A DNA stretch of 63,706 bases, filler included, from Asterionella formosa (GCA_002256025.1; 28 parts of 28 records of this genome joined end to end with filler, not necessarily neighbours in it); one strand, 5' to 3'; counted from the first letter of the whole stretch, positions 13,190 through 24,648 are shown. A program made the numbers and translations. Notes: generated by a model from the letters alone, not told the origin.

Positions 13190-13505
13190 GGTAAGCGAAT
13201 GACGCGACGATAGCTCGAGCGGGAATTGCCTCAACAATACCCTTCTCGGCGGCTACTTGCCTTCTCGTATACATGTGTATTCGGGTGGGGTGGCGCGAGT
13301 AGGTTGACCGTACGAGTGGCGCCCCCGGCGCTGCGAGCCTCGAACACATGTATACTCGCAGGCAAGAGACCACCTCGGGCGTGTAATGCCTTCAGGGGGA
13401 TCGGTCTGTCTGACAACTTCGACTTATGCATCCCGGTATTTTCTCGCCCAAAATTAGCAATGCTACTTACTGTGGACCTTTACTTCACCCAGTCCTCTGC
13501 TGTGG
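13190..13505. repeat. Dispersed structured element, copy 1
   Basis: 40-nt core 13292-13331 is 38/40 identical to 57212-57251; enclosed by a long stem (GTATACATGTGT 13267-13278 / ACACATGTATAC 13344-13355). Confidence 0.7.
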
Positions 13506-13556
13506 TTGTCTAGCTGTTAGAGCCTTGACCTACAGGTATCCTCCAGTCAACTCAAG

Positions 13557-13696
13557 ATGGCGAAAATCAAATCATTGACGAAGAAGAAACCAAAGAACGT
13601 CAGCATCACGTTGATTCTAGTGATTTTTATTTCCCTGTGCTTTGCCATGCTTGCCACTGCCATCTATATGCTTCATGCACAGATGTCCACTCATGA
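13557..13696 (+). CDS. Type II membrane-anchored protein, N-terminal fragment
   Basis: Basic N-terminus followed by one hydrophobic helix (ITLILVIFISLCFAMLATAIYML). Confidence 0.45.
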
Positions 13697-13796
13697 NNNN
13701 NNNNNNNNNNNNNNNNNNNNNNNNNNNNNNNNNNNNNNNNTTAATTAATTAANNNNNNNNNNNNNNNNNNNNNNNNNNNNNNNNNNNNNNNNNNNN

Positions 13797-14292
13797 ATTA
13801 CAGATATGTAATTGATATTGGGATATCAATGTCGATAAGTGATAATTGACAAATGACTACGTCGTGATAATTTCCGTCGTCGTTCTTGCGATTACAAGGT
13901 TGTTGATGAGGTTTTAATCCTATTGGATAATCCTACTACCTTGGATAACCATGGACGAGATCCTTATTCTATTTATTCAAGTATATGCCAATGGTCCAGT
14001 TACTTTTCAACAAACTATGCATACTACGGACTGAATTAATATCCATTACATCAAACCTTTTCAAAGGTAAAAGGTTTTCCCTTGGTGTGGGAGAGTGAGC
14101 GATCTTGCGCATCAATACAGATGTATATAGGGTTAGTGTTATATCATATATGTATAAGAACTCAATAATGAGAGAACTCGACTAACCCTCATTGTATACT
14201 TTGGTGTCGACTTGGAGAACGAGTTACACACAAGGATTAACAAATAAGCTCATATATTCAACAAATACTACTACTTCTAGTTAGATACTTCA
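13797..14292 (+). mobile_element. Ty3/Gypsy 3' end: degenerate integrase C-terminus, PPT, 197-bp LTR (14096-14292)
   Basis: NFRRRSCDYKVVDEVL...VYANGPV...INIHYIKPF resembles the GPY/F integrase tail; GGTGTGGGAGAG precedes TGAGCG...ACTTCA; LTR recurs at 24649 and 54726. Confidence 0.9.
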
Positions 14293-14945
14293 CCAGGTAC
14301 CCTGTATACCTCAGCCACTGCTTGTACTGGCAGTAATCTACGTATCAGGACCCCAGGAGAGTGCCAGCTACCGATACCTGGTACCTGGTACCAGGTACTC
14401 AGATTCCAAGAGCTACGGACATACTATCTACATAAGAGTGCTGGTACCAGGTACCAGGTACCCGATAGTCAAGCCGTTGACCAGTGTAAATGCTGTGGGA
14501 GTCTAACTGGTACCTGGTACCAGGTACCGTCGATAGACTTTTCCTCACCGTTAAACAACGTTATTGAGCGGAACTCCCTCTCCGCACGAATCAAAAGGAT
14601 CTACATGAATTGTCGCTCAATGTAGAATTGTACACGTTCCCTGTCCTAATCTGTACTCTGGAACATCATGCAGCACCTTCAAGCAAAAAAGGATTTATTC
14701 TTTGCTTCACAGCCAGCGTAAAATCATAAATAGAATTGTGTGCACCTCACATTTTTGTTCATTGACCTCGTCTAAACCATGACAAACAAAGAAACCAATC
14801 GTTCCTATGACCTTGTGGAAGACACGGAAGCCGCCTATGTTGACANNNNNNNNNNNNNNNNNNNNNNNNNNNNNNNNNNNNNNNNNNNNTTAATTAATTA
14901 ANNNNNNNNNNNNNNNNNNNNNNNNNNNNNNNNNNNNNNNNNNNN

Positions 14946-15830
14946 GGCCTTTTATTGGTGGAGAAAGATGGTTTGGAATTTTTGCAACCACAGCAGCACT
15001 GATGTTCAGTCCACAGCAAGCACCGAGATTTTACAAACCTTCCTGATGACCAATTTGATCAATATATGTTCATTCTGAGAATATCGCCATTCGCCATGAC
15101 GGTATTGCTCTCGTGGACATCGAATACTATGCTGGATATAAATTGGCCTTAAATTGGTGGAGAAAGGAGGAGGTTTGGAATTCTTGTTGCCACAGCACTG
15201 ATGATCAGTCCACAAGCATCCGAAAATTTACACATCCGGAGGCCTCCTTTGATCAATATACGTTCGTTCTGAGCATATGAACATTCGACACGACTGCATT
15301 GATTTTGTATACATCAAGTACTATGCTAGATAGAAATCTGCCTTAAATTGGTTGAGAAGGGTTGTTTGGAATTTTTGTTGCTACTGCACTAATGATCAAG
15401 CTACAAGTACCGAAAATTTACACACCATCCTGATGAGCAATTTGATCAATGTATGTTCGTTCTGAGCGAGCATATCGACATTCGAAATATCGGCATTGAT
15501 ATCTCGTATAAATCGAATACTATGCTAGATAGAAATTGACAATGAATTGGTAGAGAAAGATGAATTGGAAGCTTGGTTGTTAAAGCAGCCAGTGGTCCTA
15601 AAATTTACACATCCTGATGCCTCCTTTGGACAATATACGTTCGTTCTGAGCATATCGACATTCGACAAGAAGCCTTTGATTTCGGGTACATCAAATAATA
15701 TATTAGATAGAAATCAGCATCAAATTGGTTGAGAAAGAAACGAATTGGAATTTAGGTTGCTACAGCACTGGTCATCAGTCCACAGCAAGCACCGAAAATT
15801 TACGCATCCTGATGACGAATTTGATCAATA
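14946..15830. repeat. Tandem array, ~190-200-bp unit, ~4.5 diverged copies
   Basis: Recurring AAATTGGT..AGAA, CCGAAAATTTACACATCC, TTTGATCAATATACGTTCGTTCTGAGCATAT and TACTATGCTAGATAGAAAT; units start near 14947, 15146, 15340, 15540 and 15718. Confidence 0.9.
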
Positions 15831-16781
15831 CTGACTAAGCATAGACTGCGCCAGCTATTTCTGAAGTACAATGTACAAAAATTTAGTACAAAATGAATGT
15901 TGGCGAGGAGGACCGTCCGCGCCAGTTTTCTTAACGAAAAGCAGCTGCTGGAATGAAAGGAACAAAATATCACATTCATGGTAAAATGAAATTANNNNNN
16001 NNNNNNNNNNNNNNNNNNNNNNNNNNNNNNNNNNNNNNTTAATTAATTAANNNNNNNNNNNNNNNNNNNNNNNNNNNNNNNNNNNNNNNNNNNNTGGTGG
16101 CCCAGCCATAATTGAGTCTATGCATGTATGATTCGAGAATTGATCAACACATAGCACGTATCATGACCTTGTATGTATGAGTACAAGAACTGTAAACAGA
16201 CATACAACGGTGTTGACTACCAGGGTACCGGTACACTCATACTATATGACTAGCGGGGAATCCGAATTGGGATCTGTTAACAGGTACGGAGTACGAGTAC
16301 CGGTACATAGTTTCCGTGGCTTGTTTGATAAGGAGCCCACGACTGCATTTTCGCTGCACGCACAACTGCTCCCTGCTGCCCGACGGAGGCGAAGATTCGT
16401 TCTTCAAGAATCGCACGTAGTACAGTACCTGGTACCCTGGTACCTGTATTTACAGAAATCGAGGTAGTGCGTATGAATATACCTGTCATATGTACTGGTT
16501 GCCGAGAGACGAGGGGCAGCATCAGTGTTCCAATGCACGACAACCATTAGTGTCCACACACGCATACATTATGTCAGTCAACAAAGGAGGCGACAGATAA
16601 GTAAGTCCAGTTCTCATACTAAATTATGTACTAATGAATATAGCGGTAATCATCATACTTTCACTCAATCACAAATTCCAACAACGAACTGAAGCGAATC
16701 GTCCTTCACGTCTGACCTAATAACAGCAAAGGAGCGATATGCAAGTAAGAGTATTCTCCAAAAGACAGAAAGCAAGCAACG

Positions 16782-17291
16782 ATGACACCCGCTCATCACG
16801 AAGAACTGAACAACAATGGAAGCGATGAAATGGACGTGGCTCTGATGTTCGCAGGACCAATCACAGCTACTTCTTTCAAACTAGACGCCTGGTCCGCTCC
16901 TTCGTGTCTGCCTAAAAATCCTCTACCGATGGAACAGAAACAGTTGGCTAACGCAGAGCGACCAACGTCGTGGTATCATACGTCTGATGATGATGACTCT
17001 CAATCGTGTGATTGGTCTGTGGATTCATCGGAGGACGACCCTATTGTGGAAGATGCGAATCAGAAGGAAAATATCTCCGAAGAGATTCGGTTTGACTTTC
17101 GCTTGAGCCAATCATTGTCTTTTTCGGAAAATGATGAATGTCCCTGCAGAGTCCGGTTTTGTAGCAGTATTCGTATTCGACACTATGAAAAGAGTGATCC
17201 AGAAGATATGGTCCATCTCTATTACTCAGCCCACGAGTTGCAGCGAATGATTGATTCCCACAGAGCTGAAGAGGAGACAGTCAGCAACTGA
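16782..17291 (+). CDS. Hypothetical protein, 169 aa
   Basis: Complete ORF, acidic and low-complexity, with an RVRF (RVxF-like) motif followed by LYYSAHEL; convergent with CRBN. Confidence 0.6.
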   Translation: MTPAHHEELNNNGSDEMDVALMFAGPITATSFKLDAWSAPSCLPKNPLPMEQKQLANAERPTSWYHTSDDDDSQSCDWSVDSSEDDPIVEDANQKENISEEIRFDFRLSQSLSFSENDECPCRVRFCSSIRIRHYEKSDPEDMVHLYYSAHELQRMIDSHRAEEETVSN

Positions 17292-17753
17292 GCTTCAGCC
17301 GGATTTTGTTGCACTTTAAAACCCGTCTAAAGAAGGAATGCCAGTGCCCTTCAAACCTTGCAAAATGCACGCAATGACCGAACCTAATTTTGTGGAAATT
17401 CCTTGCTCAGCTTGGTGCGCACTTGTCCATAAAAGTTCAAAACAAAATGGCTCAATCTTAGCAAACCCATAATCATGCTTGCACTTGATCTAGAGCCAAA
17501 AAATCATTGACACAGAGTGTAACGAACCAGCTGCAGTTATGTATGTCTGTAGTGCTAACTAATTACTAATTTCCTGAAAGGATCAAACAGTATCAACTAC
17601 ATTATGACCTTCAATAGATTGCATTAAACATTTATCTCGGTAGCTTGTTACAAATAAATATTGATTGCAAACTATTTGGGTTGGCCGATACCGAGACCAT
17701 AACAAAAGTTATTCACTTAGCTTTACAGGGACTACCGGTAGTCATAAAAGTCG

Positions 17754-19184
17754 TCAAGGAATAATAACACGCATTGTCACTGATGCTGCACTTAACCCCC
17801 AAAACAGTTCAAGTTGATCCGCAGTCAACAAGTCCTCTCCCATCACTCGTTCAAATTTCCACCCCAAATGCGAGTGACAAAAACGGCAATAGGCAATTGT
17901 CCACGAGTATCCAGGGAACCAACTATCTTTCGTTTCCTTACCACCAGTGTACCATAAATGTTGTTCAGAAACGGCCCGTAATGTGATTGTTTGATGAATC
18001 ACTCCATATTCGTTCACATACGCTCCTGACGTTCCTTCAGAACCAGCGACGGTAAACATATCTGTAGCAGAAGATAACTTGGTACTGCATAGTTTGCACA
18101 AAACATATGTTTGCTGTCGTTCTTGTTCTACCACTTTGTCATAAATATACCGTAGCCTCTCAACAGTGCCACCGGTTTTCAAAATGTATAGCTTGTCATG
18201 TTCTGACAGAGCCATATTGGAGGCCATGTAAAAGGAAAACGCCATTGGCTCGTCAGATGGTGGATTCAGATTCCAAGGCATTCTCAGCAGGACCGACTTG
18301 ATCTGGTCGACCAACCTCCATGGCCACACCATCCGATAGCAAAAGGAAGGAATAGCTGTCATCATAGACAAGGACGCCATAATGCCATCTTGACGCTGTA
18401 GACTGGATGATTGGGAACACATTGGCCTTTGAATGGGTGGTCGCTTTAATTCATCTTCAAATATTTCTTGTATTTGATAGAATTTCAAACCTACCAGGTC
18501 GTCGTCATTGTGGTATCTGCCATCTTGATCTGCAACGCCGCCTACAATACGACATCGTCTCGTTCCCAACGCAGTCACAATAAGTTCGTCATATTCATCC
18601 ACAACTTCTTCGTCACCATGTGTATACGTAACGGTCACAATGGTTCCAACACGTCCCAACAATGGGTCTCGTTCTATGGACGAGTCTCTTCGAATTCCAT
18701 TTTCATTCAATGGAATTGGAGGTTCGTCGTCGTTTACCAACAAACGTTGGTCTATAACATGCAAGCGAGATGCCCTCCTCGTCCAGCTTGATCGTTGACG
18801 ATGCGACTGGACACGAGTTGGAATGTGTGTGAAAATTCCAATTCGCACCTCCTTCCCCACCTCTATTAGTTGGCGAACATACTGGGCCCATTGTCGATGG
18901 ACCAGTCGTAATGGCAGCGTGTTTCCTGGAAAGACCACAACTCCTGGGAGTTGGAGGACAGGGAGCGTTGTTGTTGTATGATCAGTGACGACCCATCGAT
19001 GCAATAAAATGTCTTGTGAAACAAAAAGTGAATGAGAAGCGCCAGGTAAGTAGGAATGATGCGAATAATTGGGACTGGAGTGTTGGTGTTGTGGTAAGGC
19101 GCTGGTACCACCATCGTCTAGATTCATCATGACTTCGTCGTGTTGATCCTCGCCTTCTATCTCTCCTTGATGATTTGTCAGCAT
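17754..19184 (-). CDS. CRBN: Cereblon homologue (LON-N domain plus CULT domain)
   Basis: LPVLQLPGVVVFPGNTLPL (LON-N); CKLC...AYVNEYGVIHQTITL...SWFPGYSWTIAYCRFCHSHLGWKF (two zinc CxxC pairs and the tri-Trp pocket). Intronless, 476 aa. Confidence 0.93.
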   Translation of the reverse strand: MLTNHQGEIEGEDQHDEVMMNLDDGGTSALPQHQHSSPNYSHHSYLPGASHSLFVSQDILLHRWVVTDHTTTTLPVLQLPGVVVFPGNTLPLRLVHRQWAQYVRQLIEVGKEVRIGIFTHIPTRVQSHRQRSSWTRRASRLHVIDQRLLVNDDEPPIPLNENGIRRDSSIERDPLLGRVGTIVTVTYTHGDEEVVDEYDELIVTALGTRRCRIVGGVADQDGRYHNDDDLVGLKFYQIQEIFEDELKRPPIQRPMCSQSSSLQRQDGIMASLSMMTAIPSFCYRMVWPWRLVDQIKSVLLRMPWNLNPPSDEPMAFSFYMASNMALSEHDKLYILKTGGTVERLRYIYDKVVEQERQQTYVLCKLCSTKLSSATDMFTVAGSEGTSGAYVNEYGVIHQTITLRAVSEQHLWYTGGKETKDSWFPGYSWTIAYCRFCHSHLGWKFERVMGEDLLTADQLELFWGLSAASVTMRVIIP

Positions 19185-20508
19185 GATGGGAGTCTACTGA
19201 GACTCAGTGCTATATAAGTTGAGGTGGGTCTGTTGTCATCATGGAGCACAGCGAGAATTCTTGCTTTTGTTTCAGATGATACCTAGTACTGATGACCACC
19301 AGGTACCGTATGAGAGTTCGTTCAAAACGACAACACATAGAAGTACGCACCAGGTATACCAGGTCCCAGGTACAAGACGATCACATCATGAGCACGTATG
19401 GAACACGGTGCCGTGTTTGAAGGTGCGTATGAAGTACCGGTACCAGGTCCTCCACCTGATACCTGTACTAAATGTGTCCCCGGCAACGTACCTTACCACT
19501 GGTACGGACTCTGATTTGTGACGTAACAAAACATCAATTTCTATGAGACGCATGGTACATACTACGTTGTATTTGAGTACCGGTTCAGTTGTGTTCACGA
19601 CTGACGTGATAATTACCAGGTATACAAATACAACAGCATACTACATGAATAATTTAGTTTTAAGGTCCTTCGCATTCCTCCTACCGGTACACATGTTGTC
19701 TTCGCCTTCAAATATATACTGGCATTCCAAGATATACTTTTGTTTAGCACGTACTGGCATGTCCATCAAAAGACTTGCATCTTTTTTTAGTGCACTGCAA
19801 TTTCTTTCCAACATCAATGAATATAGAGTCCACAACAACATCTTCAAGGCAAATCATTGACATCACATGGAGCACTTGTCATGTTGGATCATGGAATTGT
19901 GATGCCAGGGCAATAACTCCTTCGAATTCCTAACTTCATGTAGAAAGTATTCTATGTAAACATTGTCCCTCTTACATTTTCTGACAGTCCAACAATCTAC
20001 CAACACGATGGACAGTTTAGAGGACAATGAGAAATTTTGCTTTGAAGATCCCTAGAATTACTCTATTTTAGTATACTGATGATCAAACCAAATATTGCTC
20101 TTCAAACAGCATCAATCCAATTTCATTGCTGACAATAGTTGGCTCATTCACCATGATGCCAACCATGATTAAAACAGAGGGATAAAACTCTTGCAAAGGA
20201 AGTCAACTAAAAAGGAAAAGTGGATGATCTAAAATAATCAATTCTTTAAATAAGCTACATGACATTACAGCAGGGGACATCGAAGGATAGCTAATTCCGC
20301 CAGAAACAACAAGCACAGTTCTCCATATGCATGTCTGACTTGATGATGTGTCAGTCGCACATGATATGTGGAACGTCTCAGGTTCACGTAGTTCTTGTAC
20401 CAAGGTAGAACAACTACGTCTTGAAAATAAAATAAGGTAGTCTAATTGAAGGATTGCAGTAAAAGACGGTTTTTCTAGAAGGAAGAAATTGCTAAATCTC
20501 GTCTCATT

Positions 20509-20892
20509 TTAGTACCTCAAATTCCTCTGGGCAGGTGTTGGAGCAGCTGTTGGCCAAGGAGTTGAGACCGGCCAAGGATTTGGAGCAACTCTTGGCCAAG
20601 GATTTGGAATCGGCCAAGGATTTGGAGCAGGGGTTGGAGGAGGATCAACTGGAACCAAAGCCGCTGTTACCTTAAATGGAGCGTTGCATTCAAAGAATCC
20701 ACTTGAAGCGTTGCAGACGCATGTCTTGATAGCAGATACGCCGTGTCTGATCACCTGGTAGTTACATTCGAGACCAGGTACCGCACAGGTGATTGTTTTG
20801 GTCCTTTTGATGCGTTTACCAGGGCAGATCGGATCATTAGCGAAAGCACCGCTTGTAAAAAGGCAGATCCCTACGGCGATAAAAATCTTCAT
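20509..20892 (-). CDS. Small secreted protein with a 6-Cys domain and PNPWP repeats
   Basis: Signal peptide MKIFIAVGICLFTSGAFA (ATG 20892), Cys-rich domain, then PNPWP x3, TPWP and C-terminal RNLRY. Confidence 0.7.
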   Translation of the reverse strand: MKIFIAVGICLFTSGAFANDPICPGKRIKRTKTITCAVPGLECNYQVIRHGVSAIKTCVCNASSGFFECNAPFKVTAALVPVDPPPTPAPNPWPIPNPWPRVAPNPWPVSTPWPTAAPTPAQRNLRY

Positions 20893-22829
20893 CTTGTCGT
20901 TGTGGCAGATCACAAAATTGTCGACCTTTCGAACTTTTGTTCACTCTTTTATGTGATAGAAACATGAGACGACGACCTTGTACCAAAAAAAGCGAAACTC
21001 GCCAGATCTTTTCATTTTTGTCCAGTACATATATATATAGATTTAATGTTGAATATGACCATTGTAACCAAGATCGAGCACATCACGTATCCATTAAGCA
21101 TACCTAAATCACCACGATTTGGGATAATTAGGAAGCAATGGTACGAGTCAACGATATAACGTTTCATAGCAAGTATAAATACCGGTAGACTCAGTAATAT
21201 GACAAATACTAGTGCATGAATTTCTATTTTTACCATTGCCGGCGTCATAACATGGTTCTCTCAGCATTTGTATCTATGTTATAATGCTCGATGGAGAAAT
21301 TTCTTGCTTATATGCGTCAGACTAACAATGCTTTCAAAATTGCCCTTTACTAAAGCCTTTCTGAGCCTACTCGGATATCGGTACCAATAAAAATCCAACA
21401 GTTTGACTAGGAACATGTGTTATGCCATTTACTATAGCCCTTTTCATCAGAAAAAATTCTACAACTGGCTGCCGATAGGAGATAAGCCTTTCACCATACA
21501 CCCGCAAATAAAGGGCCTTTTTAGCTCCTTGCTTGCGTAAAATATTGTGAGAGCCTCGCGTACCGGTACGAATGCTGGAGCTCGTGACGGATGGAAATTT
21601 TGCCCCGGTAAGTCGTCTAATGGCATGTCCTGTGTGCCAATGGTTATTTAAGAAATATTTTCCTTTTCTTTTCAATATAGTCGAATATTTTAACTTCTCA
21701 CGACCCCCCTCTTTCCAAGGCGGAACCGCCGAAGTTGGTGGTACCTGGTACCATCATGGCAACTTGCATGCTGGTTTGTAGCAACAAATTGATAGGTCCA
21801 TAATGCTTGCTTTTGCCAATGATTACAAATAATACAGCTACTGTTGTGAATCAAGGAGCAGTAGATGCATTGATTATCACCACAAATTCTATATTTGTAA
21901 ATTCATTTTCTATGAATATATAGAGTGAGCGCATTGTTTGTCTTCCTAACAAATGGTGACATCAGTAGATTTTTGGATATGGCTGGACACCTCATAGGAC
22001 AGCAGGCAAATTGGCTTCCATGTGTGTCTACCTGCACCTAACAGCCTCCTTCCTATACAGCAATCCCAAATCGCTCCAGTCTCTGAGCGAACATGGTGAT
22101 GTTGAATCAAAGAGGATACACACCAGACTCCATTGCTGAGATTTTTTCCTCATCACTCTTTCTGTATGTCTTCATGCTGCACGAAATCGCAAATTGTGCC
22201 TAGTACTTCAGTAGGTTTATGAAAGATGACAGATCATAAGAGCAAGGACATTCCAGCAATGACATTTGACAATCAACAGTTAAGGTGTCAAGGATTGTGA
22301 CAACTCTGACACCAGCTGCAATGGTGGGCTTACCATCTCCTCCACCACAATCATTGCCTTTCTGACTAGCAAGCCTCCACAAAAGCTCTATCCTCCAAAT
22401 ATATATTATGTAGTATCCAAATGTCTGCAAATAGAAAACATCGTATTTGTGTTATGCATTGTATAATGACAAGCATATGATCATATAATTTCAATTTATC
22501 ACATAATATGCATGAATAATGATTATCATCATAGAGAATATGTAAGTATAAAATATAGATACATGTATTTATGTGATGCTTACCATCACACTACAACAAT
22601 CAGCAATTGCTCAATCAATTGACATTCATTACAAGCCTGTAATCGAAGTCCAAGGGCATGACAAGGTAAGCCAACATGTACTGATGAGCTTGAATAGAAA
22701 AAGGTTGTTCCTCTGATAGACATGATCTAACGCTTCCTCTTGCCCCCTTCCCTTCTCCTTCAGTGACAGGTATCGATCACTCAGTATGCCCCTTTAGCAC
22801 AGGCAGCATATATATATGCATATTTGCCT

Positions 22830-23095
22830 CTCTGCAAGCAATTTCTTCATGAGACACTTCGATGTAAACATGATGACCTCAAGGCCACTAACTCCCAGCT
22901 TGACCCATTCCTTTGCTCTCTTTCAAGATGTCAGTAAACATTGACATGATGTGTCTCAAACTTGAATCAAGGTTGACGATTTCATGTGCATCTTGCCGTC
23001 GAGTTAAATTGGTATCATCTTAAGGTAAGGTTTTGACATCAATCAACCCTCTTCTCCACAAGACTTGCATCAACCCCTTCGCCTTGCCTTCCTTG
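22830..23095 (-). pseudogene. Degenerate Tc1/IS630-like DDE transposase fragment
   Basis: Manual translation KEGKAKGLMQVLWRRGLID...SLRHIM resembles the GKxKGxxQVLxERG motif; contains stops and frameshifts. Confidence 0.5.
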
Positions 23096-23527
23096 AATTA
23101 TATATTCCTTGTCTTGTGGTTTCAATTTCATACCAGGAAAAAATTTCCGAAGCTCACATTTGTTTTTACCTTTTGACCTATGGTACAGTATGTACCACGC
23201 TAGATATACTATATCATTAGATGGTACAAGTCCTATATAACGTTAACCTTATAGGCTCTCCTATACAGACCATATACTTGTTTACTCTCACTGTAGAGAT
23301 TTACACAGTACAAACTGTGTATGTATACCACGTTAACCATAAGTGAAAGGTGTACCCTTTTACATTACGCACACGACTACCATGGAACCCATACGTAGTA
23401 CATACACATGGACTCGAGAGTGATCATGATTAGTACGTGATGCTATACACACGATTACGGTACTAGTTTGTAGCTCGTAGTACATATTGCATTATGTACC
23501 CGCAGCTATTTGTTACGTGATAACTAT

Positions 23528-24118
23528 CGGTACAGATGTATCTCTAGAATAGATGTACCAATGCTAGGCTAAAACATGACACCTAGCATGGACTCTTGAC
23601 GCCCAGTACATACCCTTCTCATCAAGACCCTTGTGAGTCTTCTTGGACTAGGAGCTAATATAGATACATTAATCATTAAGCTCATAATTACCCAGAACCT
23701 ACTTATTAAATCCCGACAACCATAGGTTTGGTGTTGGCACCTCTTAAGCAAGGTCAGTGTTTTTTATTTCACTACTAGAGACATCATGTTGGCATGAATG
23801 TCGCGCACCAGGAGTCATTGGTACAGATATATCTCTAGAATAGATGTACCAATGCTAGGCTAAAATATGACACCTAGCATGATGGACTCTTGACACCTAG
23901 TACATAGCCTTCTCATCAAGACCCTTGTGAGTCCCCTTGGACTAGGAGCTAATATGGATACTCTAATCATTAAGCTCATAATTACCCAGAACCTACTTGG
24001 TAAATCCTGACAACCGTAGGGCACCTTTGGTGTTAGCACCTCTTAAACAAGGTCAGTGTGTTTTTATTTCACTACTAGAGACATCATGTCAGCATGAATG
24101 TCGCGCACCAGGAGTCAT
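23528..24118. repeat. Two tandem ~295-bp copies, possibly inside an LTR-like unit (TGTTACG 23511 ... TTCAACA 24140)
   Basis: 23528-23818 and 23819-24118 align throughout. The LTR interpretation is weak because no TSD was found. Confidence 0.8.
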
Positions 24119-24648
24119 CCGGAATGGACCAACTTCAACAGGCTAGATTAGAAGATGTTATATTGTTCCCAGCCACTTAAAGTTGTGGTTCATAGATTCC
24201 TAGAAATCAAGGTCCTTGTTCAAGAATGATGGTTGAGTGGATAATGGAATTCTTGTCACCACAGCTTCTATTCATTAATATTGAATTGAATCCATCAGGT
24301 TGACGCTTTGAATTCCCTGTTCACTTATCGAATAGGTAAGCAGACTTATAAGTTGGATGCATATTTAGAACATCAGTTTTTTCTTCGAATTGACACATCA
24401 TATGATTGTTGTAGTTCCAGTATCTCGAAAACGTCAGCATAAAATGCCTTCTTCTAGTACCATGAGATTGCCTTGTTAGTACCACTTACTATAATTAAAT
24501 CCAGTTTTCTTCACAACTAATTAAAGTAGCCTTGTGACTCAATGCATTCATATGTGCAGTCGTAGGCAGGTAATGTATAGAGTATTCTTTTTTACTTTGT
24601 ACTACATACTGTATATTGTTTATGTCGTTGGTGACGATAGGTACCAGG

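Noticed and set aside
14293..14530. CCWGG/GGTACC clusters as bacterial Dcm or KpnI sites, or as telomeric repeats
   Set aside because: The context is eukaryotic; units vary in length, mix orientation and are interstitial, unlike telomerase products.
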